A DNA stretch of 64,000 nt from Tubiluchus corallicola (Eukaryota > Animalia > Priapulida): NCBI GenBank assembly GCA_030141605.1, contig JAQGDQ010000533.1, positions 1 to 64,000 of the forward strand. The letters are read 5' to 3'. The notes below the pieces were generated by a model. That model was not told the DNA's origin. It saw only the letters and a program-made list of their open reading frames with translations, and searched no databases. The first letter of the stretch is position 1. Each line of letters begins with the position of its first letter. Made by a program: the position numbers and the translations under genes. Positions 15,531 to 25,982 of this stretch are shown here, piece by piece.

Positions 15531-17132
15531 TTTCTTTTTGGAGTGCACAATGACTAGTTTTTCCACATATGCAGAAAAAATTAACACTTCCACATTAGAA
15601 ATCAGTTGTTGACATACTTTGCAAAAAAATCATCAAAGTGCACAAAATGCAAATTTCTTGAGATGAACATCTCAACAACCGTCCATTGGCCCACCCCGAT
15701 CCATTTTCGAGAGAGAAACGAACACTCTGTTGCTGTGTAAAGTATCTACCTCTAAAACGGTGGGGCGCGGTTTGCGAAAAAGCAACAGAGAAAAGGCATG
15801 AGAAAAAGAAATAAAACGAAACAAATTCAACAACATTCAGTATCAAGGGCGTGACACAGACTAATTAATTAACCTTGATTAATCAAATTAATAGGCACTA
15901 GAATACATAATTTCGTAATAATTTAATTTAGTGACATCTCCTACATATACTAAATGGCAACAAAACACCATGAAAATCAAACATGCACCCGATTTGGCAA
16001 TTACCGTACCAATGCAGCCATAAATTTTATATAAAATATGGGCTAAATTATGTACTTAAATAATATGTGTGAAGAAAATAACCGCATTTTCTCAAAAAAT
16101 GCGCAACATTACAATAATATAATACATAACATAAGCTACAAAAATGCACAAAATTGCTGTAGTACAAATTCAATCTCAGAGACATGATTTAACGTCACGT
16201 GTAACAAAACGCAACACGTCAGCATACAGATGTGAACTCATGGCACCTTACAATAAGTGATTAGCGATTATCATCGTTAAGAATTTACATAAAAAACATA
16301 CGTTAGCATACAAAAGTTAACGTACAAAAAGCTGGCAAAATGCAGTATGTGGCACAGTAACGAGTTTAATTAATACTGGATTATGAGACAGAGATATGCA
16401 TTAAATCAATAAATGCTAATATGAGTTGGACAAGGAAAAATCGTTTTAAATAAGTTCATCGATCTGTTTTAAAAACTGCAACACCAGAAACTTATACTTG
16501 TCAAGCAGTAAATTCTTGAGTGTTATGAATGTTCTCGATTGCAAAAAATTACAAGCAACGCCAATGATGTTGGATGAGGTGAAACTTTTGTGCGATGCTA
16601 TGGTTGGAGTAACATCTCCAATTCCGATCCGGTACAACTCTGGTGCATTGGTTAAAACCATAGTGAAGAGAAAAGAGACACATCCACGCAACAAAACTTA
16701 AGTTTTAGTATCAGTCACCTTCTTCTGAATAACAAAAGTGTTGTCACATGTTTATGCACAGAAGTGATTTGTCTGCCATTTCTGTGCTTAAGGATCTAAT
16801 GGACTCTTACTAATTTACCTACATTACCAACACCATTCAACATCGTTAGCATTTCCTGTATTTCAATAGGGTCAACTTATCAATGCGACGGTCGATTGCT
16901 AACTTTACTGTTTGGCAACTAATAATTATCTGATATAAAAGCTTTTAAAACTTATAAGGGGAAAACCCGATACAATTCAGTTTTTCAAAATATTCACAAA
17001 ACAGCAACATTAAGACTTAAAAATGCAATAAATCAAAAACTCTCATTCCAAACTGAAAATTTGGATGTCATAATGAAATGTAAAGGATTCTGCCAGTGGC
17101 TAGTTTCTGCTAATGGCTAATTTCTGCTAGTT

Positions 17133-17340
17133 TCACGCGTCCAGACTAGTGAGTTTTCTCGCCAAATAAACTCAAGTAACTCCAAGCATGTTTAGACTGC
17201 TGAGCTACTCTCTGACAGTAAGCACAAGCTGACGCTCGCTTCTCTATTCGCTGCAATTTCTTGCCAACAGTAACTTGCAAAGCTGTTCGCACTTGCAAGT
17301 TCGAGCATCTCGCTAGCCAGAACGACCAGTAACTATGCAA
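17133..17340. mobile_element. Dispersed quasi-palindromic MITE-like repeat (family C), copy without internal array
   Basis: Shares cagtaagcacaagctgac..cttctctattcgc and gcaatttcttgccaacagtaact with 22455-23250 and with the reverse complement of 37575-37872. Confidence 0.6.
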
Positions 17341-18234
17341 GCTATCATTTATAAAATTCTTCACTGTTGTTACGAAATACTGTAAACAGTAACAGAGACA
17401 ATTTACTGAAAATCTGTTATGACCGATATGCTTACTTTAAAATCCAATGTGAAATAAATCATATCAATATATCATGTGTTCATCTGAGCATATGTTTAAC
17501 AAATGTTAAGCAAAATAAATACTATAATGGAAGACATAAAACCAAGCTCATAACAATCTGCTAAAATACATCTAGCAAGAAGTATTTAGTGAACTATAAG
17601 CAGCTCTCATATTTGATGCAAGACTTATGATTTAAACTGATACTAGATGCAGCTCGTATTTGCCTGTGATGGTTTTACAGTTTAAAGAAAACAAATTTAG
17701 AAAATAATTTATTGTATAAAGTTAATGTATACTATCACTGTATAGTAATTTTCAGGTGTGGAGGCAGCCGCTGTTCACTTGAAAATTACAGCGTAGCTGG
17801 CGGTCTTTATGACCTAAATGCAAGGACAGTTGAAATGGGAGCATTTGAGAAGGTAATGATCGTAACTTTAAAGTGATTTTACTAACTACGTGAAGCACTT
17901 GTCAATTTTTTATTACTGAAACTTTCTGATATTTTCGTAAACACTGAAATGAGCGTAACTTCCCAGAAAGGGCTTGTCTTTCCTTTAATAAACAGGAAAT
18001 GGATTTCTAATGCTGTGCTGCTATCTACGGTGAATTTTGATACGATAATAAAAGTGATAAAAGTTAATATGTATATGACAAATACTGGTAAAAGAGATGA
18101 AGTACCTGCATTTAATTAACACAACTATTACTAGTATTAGCATCCTCCCGAGATTCGCTCCTCCGCTAAGTGAATGAGAAGAGGCTGCTCTAAACGATGC
18201 TCCTCATTATTGAACCGTTCCTGTGTGTTCCTTC

Positions 18235-21200
18235 TCATGGAGAAATCCGCTGAAAGGTTCGCGTACAAACAACGCCCTCTACATGCAGTTCCTGCAATAG
18301 TTGAGTAAGCTCCTGTTTAAATGCATATAAACACTGCAGGCAATTGACTCAAATAACTCCGCATAAGTGACTCAATATTTTTTCTTCACGTAGTTAAAAT
18401 AAGATATTAGTGCACGACTAATGAGCTTTTACTACTTTTATGTCACTTTTACCGTCGCTTTTGTACACTATACTATATGAAGATATGCATAATATATATA
18501 TAAATTAGTATTCTCAAATTAGTATTCGTTTCTAAAATTCATTAAAACCTTTGCAAGTGCATACTAATGTGATGAGTGATGATTCGTACTTCTATAATAG
18601 TAAATACACTACATACGCTGGCTAATATAATTTTTCGTGAATATCAATCACACAGAATAAGAAACAGTTCTAGGTTTTATATCCTATATTTTCAAACGAC
18701 AATAAAAATGACAATTTTCGTGAATTTAAAGAACAGTTTATCGTAATCTTACCAGAATCATTTTATTTCCAACAATTTCCCTAATAGCTTGAGTATCCTT
18801 TCCTCCACTGGCAAGGCACTTTTGACTTTGGCACAACCTTGCACCATCTTTTGTCACAACTGACTAAAAGCAGAACAACATCAAATAAATATCTCAAAAA
18901 AATATTCACCATTATGTTCATTATATGAACTGACATTAAATTATCCATTATTTACATATAATAGTGATTGTACCCAAGTTGTAAAACAGTACCCATTCAT
19001 AGCCAAAGATAAAAATGAATAGGTGTCTTTTGCCACTGATTATTTCACGTGTTTAGTTCCATAGGCAGTGACGCTAGAAAAACCTTATTATTGTTGGCTT
19101 TCCAATTATAGATTTAGATTAAATGAGATTAGATTTATTGACTAATAATTACAAATACACAAGGTAAGAACTTAACAAAAAGGAAATTAGTCCAACAAGA
19201 ACAATAAACAAACTGATCATGTAACAATTGAAATAACTTAAAACAATTAGACAATATTAATGACTAACTTAGTGTCCTTGTGAGTGAAAATATTTAATAA
19301 AGAGTCCCTGTTAATACGGTTAAAACAGTCTTGTTTCTAACAAATGCTGTTTTTTGACAATGGCACAGCACGTGTTCTTCATCTTGAACTGTACCAATAG
19401 AGCTTGAATAGCACATAGTGCACAGTCACATACGTGCATTTGTCTCAGTCTCTGCCTCCATCTTCCAGTTTCTATAAGAAGCCTATCAGCGGATAACCTG
19501 CAACGAGTCCATCGAATCCTATCCTCTTCTGATATACCCGGAGTAATCTTTGAGTACAATTGAAGGACTTAAGTGAAGGAATGACTGTTTTATAAGTTAG
19601 CAAGCAGCTTCTTTCAGATGTACGGACATGCTCTAAACGACTCCATGCTCTCTTATGTGCAAACTTAAGACCGACCTATGTATATGAACACAATAAACTG
19701 TATAGTTAGAGCATGCTTATCAATTTCACAAAGAAGGCAAAAGCAAAATATCATTTGCAGGTGCACAAACTGCACTTATAAGTTGTACTTAAAGCCACCT
19801 CTGGCTCTTTGCACAGCATGTCTGCTTTCTTTGCTAGTAAGCACTGATTTATAAAAGGGCAACTGGCAATGTTATTGTAGTTATAGTAAAATTAGAGCCA
19901 CCCACTTTTCACAACTTAAGCTACTACAGCTAGCAATACTCATCTACAAATGCGACAGCAGGTGCCAGCAAAAGTATATTTTCATAATGTAGTGAAATCT
20001 CTTTATGCTGCCTATTTTGGAACCGCAAAAAATGTTGGCATTCTAGTTTAGCATTATAACAAGGTTATTAATACATATATGTTTATGCAAATATAAATAT
20101 TTTGTTTGTGTATATATATAAAAAAGGTGGGGATGTTATAATAATGTATAACAGGTTTATTAATAGTATAACACAGTAGTTAACAATATGCCTTATTAAG
20201 AAATCTTCATTTCATGCTCTCTCAATCACTTCCATTAATCTTTAACATCTTAAATTAGTTTCAATAGATGCATTACAAAAACATCGTTTCGCAGAAGCTG
20301 ATTTCGCACAAATTTAGCTCACACTTTTTCCGCTTTACAGTATGCAGTACTATGCAGACAATATCATTTGTCATTATGATGGTGAGACCGCACAAGGTGA
20401 ACTGGTTGACGTCACTGCATTGAGATTCGTCCACTGATGGACAAGAATTTACATACTGAAAAGCTCTCGCTGGGCAGGTTTCTAATATGCTGAATGTGCT
20501 CAACTTGTTTATAAAATAATCCTTTGAATAAATAGCAGTAATTTCTTTTAGAATTTAAAAAAGAAATATTAGAGAAACATGCAACATTTTTCATGACAAG
20601 TTATAAAGTGAAAGGCATTTTTGTATCTAAACTTAGGTATAACTTAGGTTTCAATGCGATTAATATTTTATTACCTATAATTGACTACAAATTTTAAGAA
20701 AATCACAAGCTTTTTCATAATACAGGCACCATTTATTAGAATCACTGTTAATAGAATCAGTTCCCTAATTGACGCAAAAACGTCTAGTATGAGCCGCTCC
20801 TATTCAAATGTGTATAAAAACTGTCGGTAATCGACTCAAATAACTCTGCATAATTGACTCGATATTTTTCCTTCACGTACTTAAAATAACACACATGCAT
20901 GTGCCCAAGAGCTTTTACTGCTTTTATGTCATCTTTATGTTCATTTAGTGCACTATAATGTATGTAGAAACAGTCATACTAAGCTAAGTACAGCTTTATG
21001 TCATCTTTATGTTCATTTAGTGCACTATAATGTATGTAGAAACAGTCATGCTAAGTAATGAGTAATGAGTAATGAGTAAGTCATGTGCGTAGGAACAGTC
21101 ATGTTAGAAGCTTTGTTTGTAAGTAAGTACAGTACGTTTATCATACATGCTAATATGTTAGCATAACGGTTTTGCTTTGAATCTGTCACCCGCTTATCCA

Positions 21201-23896
21201 GTGCAGTTAACCCCGTTGTTTCTGGAAGCTAAACATTTAATCTTTTGCCCAGCAGTTTGCTTTTGAAGCTTCCCGCTGCTTTTCACATGGGAAGCAAGGT
21301 CTTCACCAACTGCAGCTTAAGCACTAGCTGACTGGGTGTTTTGAGTGAATATGTGCAGCGCACCGCAACAGATTTTCAATGTTTTTATCATTATGAGAAT
21401 TTCATAAACCAACTTCTTCGTGAAGAAACAAAGCAACTGATCATGCATGAATTTTTTTTAGCTTTCTGTGATAATAATCAGATTAATCATAATTCATTTT
21501 TTTTATTAATTCACTTATATAAACTAGTATTCTCAAATAATGCACATAAGAATTTTGTCATTAATTCGCTTTTAAAATTTATTTATAGCCTTTGCAATGC
21601 ATACCAAGCTGATGAGTCATGCCTCATACTTCTATAGTAGTAATAGGCTACATCCGTCGGCTAATTGCGTCACAACACTTCCGTCCCAAAGTGAGTCAAT
21701 TAAGCTGTACCTACTGTACCATCAAATTTAGATCGAAACAAGTGCAAGAAACCTAAACACCTCATAAGCTTTGCAAAAAAAAAATAAGGATGGTATAAAC
21801 CTTGCAGAGCCTCCCATCAGTTGTTTCTTCTTCAAACTCTGTGTCCAGCTGAAATGTGCAGACGTGTGAGCTTACTGCAGTCGTCGTGGAGATTGTATAA
21901 GTGTCTCCCTCTACTGTTATATTGACAGTTGGCGTTGCTGCATTAGCCATTTTTCGGGTGACATAATTCAACCCTAAAAAGAAGAGAGCACATTCGCTAT
22001 TCTTTTGGACATCAAACGCTTTGTGACATCAAATACCACACAATTATTGCAATGAGTACTGTTTATTGTGTTTAAGTTGGCTATAGTGTATACTGAGCAA
22101 AAAGAATATTTAATGTCTTGTTGGAGAGCAGTGATACAGTATCTTTGGACGTCTCAATACCCACAGAAAAGGACAGTTACAATACAACTTACAAACTGGC
22201 TTAAATAATTTGTCAACTTCATCGTTTTACGGCATGTTTTGTCGAACGATGCATTCTGTTAAAAGCGGTAAAATTTACATTCATAAATGTTTTGCACAAA
22301 TTCCAATTAAAAGATTTCCATGCACACAGCCAATGTTCGATTATACAGTTTTGGTATAGAAAATGCCAGTATTGTGAGCATTCATTATAGTAACGTAGCA
22401 ACCAATTCACTAGCTGAAAACCTACGGCGTATTCATATTAGCGAGTTATCTTACTCAGTTAATTTGTCAAGTAACTCGCAAGTGTGCTCAGACTAGACAG
22501 CAAAACTTGCTGCGAGTGAGATACTCTTCGACAGTAAGTGCAAGCTGTTGCAACCCTTCTCTATTCGCAGGGAGAAGTGTTGAATGTAACTCGCGGAGGT
22601 GTTCATACTAGACATGAAATCAACTCACAATAACTGTCAGAGAGAAGTCGCGGAGGTGTTCACACCAGACATGAAATCAACTCACAATAACTGTCAGAGA
22701 GAACTCGCGGAGGTGTTCATACTAGACATGAAATCAACTCACAATAACTGTCAGAGAGAACTCGCGGAGGTGTTCATACTAGACATGAAATCAACTCACA
22801 ATAACTGTCAGAGAGAACATGCCGAGGTGTTCATACTAGACATGAAATCAACTCACAATAACTGTCAGAGAGAACATGCCGAGGTGTTCATACTAGACAT
22901 GAAATCAACTCACAATAACTGTCAGAGAGAACACGCCGAGGTGTTCATACTAGACATGAAATCAACTCACAATAACTGTCAGAGAGAACTCGCGGAGGTG
23001 TTCATACCAGACATGAAATCAACTCACAATAACTATCAGAGAGAACTCGCGGAGGTGTTCATACTAGACATGAAATCAGCTCACAATAACTGTCAGAGAG
23101 AACTCGCGGAGGTGTTCATACCAGACATGAAATCAACTCACAATAACTGTCAGAGAGTTTGCAATTTCTTGCTGACAGTAACTCGTAAAACAGTTCACAC
23201 TGCGAGTTTGCTGCAAAACTCGCCACCAGAAAACTCATTAGTCTGAATATACCATCAGCTACTAACATAAAGCAAAATACCAAGTCAGAAGTACCGCATG
23301 CAATCACTACAACAGGATAGCGTGTAATCTTATTTCAAACCTAAGTTTTACCTGAACTAATTATAAGCATCGCCAAAGACAAAATAGAATCCAACATAAT
23401 TGGAATCAGTATCTATAAAACACGAGACAAAATGTCTGCACAAACAAAAACCAAATAATTGAAGCTTCAACTAAAATTTTCTAACATTTTAACTCCCTAA
23501 CAAAACATGTGCCCAAATGTGCTAAATTTAATTCACTGTTTAGCAGGTTATTATTTAAACTTGCTCTTGTTTAACCTGCATGGTTGTAAAGAAGTAAAGA
23601 TAATTATATCTCAGGTTTGATACACAATTTAGTTTTTTGCTACTTTTGAAATAATTTTCGGTTTATAATTTTAGCTGTTTGGTTTCCAGTGTTTCTATTG
23701 ATATGCTGAGTTTGTCAATAGTTGCCTTAACAAAAACTTGGGTTGAAATTGAGTTGAAGTTATGTAAAATAAATATGACTAAATGTTATATTTTCCGTGT
23801 AGAATTTTGTCAAATTTAAATTTACGCACCTAAGGCTTTGAGATACTGCTCGAAACTGTCTGTCGAAATCAGCTTCCAGGTACCGCAGAATTCCAT
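18235..23896 (-). CDS. FABP: Fatty acid-binding protein (intracellular lipid-binding protein family); complement join(23830..23896,21801..21973,18753..18863,18235..18291); 135 aa
   Basis: MEFCGTWKLISTDSFEQYLKALG-LNYVTRKMANAATPTVNITVEGDTYTISTTTAVSSHVCTFQLDTEFEEETTDGRLCK-SVVTKDGARLCQSQKCLASGGKDTQAIREIVGNKMIL-ELHVEGVVCTRTFQRISP*. Has the GTWKL, EFEEETxDGR and VVCTR motifs and the canonical 4-exon FABP structure with a 173-nt exon 2. Confidence 0.95.
18310..18660. mobile_element. Truncated copy of the Tc1/pogo-like MITE at 20723-21716, filling most of FABP intron 3
   Basis: gactcaaataactccgcataagtgactcaatattttttcttcacgtagttaaaataa and later blocks match 20830-20930 and 21515-21665. Confidence 0.65.
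19108..19620 (-). mobile_element. 5'-truncated LINE 3' end (RT-ORF C-terminal fragment, frameshifted) in FABP intron 2
   Basis: RIRWTRCRLSADRLLIETGRWRQRLRQMHVCDC matches the RLSxHxLxIETGRW...RxCxC motif at LINE ORF2 C-termini. Followed on the minus strand by AATAAA and an (AATCT)n-like tail at about 19110-19140. Confidence 0.75.
20723..21716. mobile_element. Tc1/mariner-pogo-like non-autonomous element
   Basis: TA|CAGG...CTACTG|TA ends; the right end (cacttccgtcccaaagtgagtcaattaagc..ctactgta) recurs at about 44410-44457; internal direct duplication of about 70 bp at 20921-21055. Confidence 0.65.
22590..23158. repeat. 57-bp minisatellite, about 10 copies, inside a family C MITE (22455-23250) in FABP intron 1
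   Basis: Unit gaactcgcggaggtgttcatactagacatgaaatcaactcacaataactgtcagaga. It produces the spurious 19-aa-repeat ORF 22599-23246. Confidence 0.97.
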
Positions 23897-25959
23897 AATC
23901 TGTTTTCAATGCAGCCAACAAGAATTTGACACTTGAATCTTTGTCCTTGTTTGGCAGCAGTAGTAGTAAAAAATTAGGCCCAGCACTTGGCACTCTTGCT
24001 ATTTTAGCTACGTACACGTCTTTATGATCAGCAATGGTATCAGAATTCTGTTAGAAGATAGGACTAAATTTTAATATCAACAGGCAATGAAGATGAATAA
24101 AACATAAACGGTTATAATTATTTACTGTGATTGTTTGCTTGTTTATTTTTTCTCATATACCTTTAGAATGTTTTGATGGTTTGCAGCAAAGAATGTATGT
24201 AAGAAGAGAGGAAAATGAAAAAAATGAAGTTGACTTAGCAGACCGATGTGAAAGAAAAACCATATTTGAATAAAATTTGATGCCGTGTTCTCCTCGAGAG
24301 AGAGAGAGAGAGATTTGATACACGCACAAATAAAAAAATAAAATACATGCACCACCATTACACGATATCTACAACGTTACATACTACATACACAAAAAAT
24401 AAATTACTCACCACAGATAAACTGAAAAATTGTTTGTGAAAAGTGTTTTTTTTTGTACAATCTTTGTACTCAGTTAGGCTTCTGTCAGGTAATACTGGAT
24501 TCTCTTCCACTTGTAATATTATTACCAGCCATTGAGTGATACAATGAGCACTTGATAAACACATGTGTAGAGATCTCTTTTTTCTGCTAAAGTAGTGCCT
24601 TTGCTATATTAACAGAGCCCACTTGTGATTGGTTGCTTACAGAAAAACCGCGCGGGTTTTGTAAAAAATTGCTCAGGGAGTAATCAGCGCAGGCAATTAG
24701 TTTGATGCGCAGTTTCCCACATTATGTATAAATTGCACCATTTGAAATAACATAGAACAATTAACAGCGGGAAAGTGAGCCAGAAATCGCCCCTATGTAT
24801 AAACGGGCCATAACAGTTACTGAAGAAAATGCATTCAGGATAGTATTGAAGTAGTTCAATATTTTTAATGTAACTTATCAAAAAATCTATAGAGCCTTGA
24901 ATTTAAAGCTGCACTACAAAACTTACCAAAAGATCAAATATAAAAACTCAGTGATCAGCATTCCAGGAATCCCTGTTGGAAAACAAAATTCCGGAGTTAT
25001 TGTTTCTTTGCATCACAAGAGAAATAAACTATTGTGAATTGCTGGAGAATTAATAATCAGTCATCAACATCACATACAAAAAAGCGTTTCGTGCAGCAGT
25101 AACTGTAGATACAAGGCAATTACGCTACTGAAGTATAAAACGTCACAATAATTATGCTCCAAAAAATTCAAAATTGTTTTGTAAATTTTAACTGAATTTA
25201 AAAGCAAAAAAACCGATAACATCAACATGAAGTGTTAGCTTACATGTGGTTGGCATGCATTGCACACATATTGTGGCTAGTTGCATATATACTTTCTGTT
25301 TTCATTAATGTTCTGATCCTAAACCTCTCAGTTTATCTATTCAGTATATCTGGTTTACTGAACCAGTTATTTGTTGAACGGATACTTAGATTTTGTAGAA
25401 AAATGCAAAGTTTTTAGGCGAACTTAAGCTACCACTGCCAACTATAGCGCTGTTGAAAAGTCACATTCTGTTGGTTTCCCTACTACATATGGTGAAAGCG
25501 GGTTTATTGAGGCATTGTAAGAATTTGCGTCAAGATTATTGATCTTTTTGTGTCTTTATATTTTTGTATTTTTAACATTACGCAACATTAATGAGCGGTA
25601 TTTCATGAAACTTTACAAGAATAACATCTCGCAACCACGTGACTGCTGATCCCGGATTTTTTTCTCAAACGGGATTCCCAGACTGTTGTTAGACGCTGGT
25701 CACATCACTGATAATTCTAGGAAAAAACTACTGAAGATTTCAGGCTACGGCAGTAATTTCAGGCAGCACATTAATACTATGAGATCAGTTTTAAATGTTT
25801 TACAGTATTAGTTAAGCGTTCTTGGTTTTGTTACAACTGCGATAAAATTAAGGAGGAGTAAGCAAAACACAACAATCACATACTCAACTAGTTACAACTA
25901 CCACGCTGCCATATTTGAAATTGCTTGCTGCTGCCACTTAGCGAGCTGTTACAGAACTA

Positions 25960-25971
25960 TTTGGCGGGAAA
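25960..25971 (+). promoter_or_regulatory. Consensus E2F site TTTGGCGGGAAA just upstream of the RFC2 ATG; YY1-like GCCATATTT at 25908-25916
   Basis: Exact 12-mer match to the canonical E2F element, ending 11 nt before the start codon of a DNA-replication gene. Confidence 0.65.
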
Positions 25972-25982
25972 CTTTGTGCAGC

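Noticed and set aside
17756-17852. Plus-strand exon-like segment (ttttcag|...GAGAAG|gtaatg, open as CGGSRCSLENYSVAGGLYDLNARTVEMGAFEK)
   Set aside because: No recognisable homology or partner exons, and it overlaps the probable FABP 3' end on the opposite strand.
22599-23246. 215-aa ORF with 19-aa repeats
   Set aside because: A 57-bp minisatellite inside a MITE, antisense within FABP intron 1; open only because the unit is a multiple of three.
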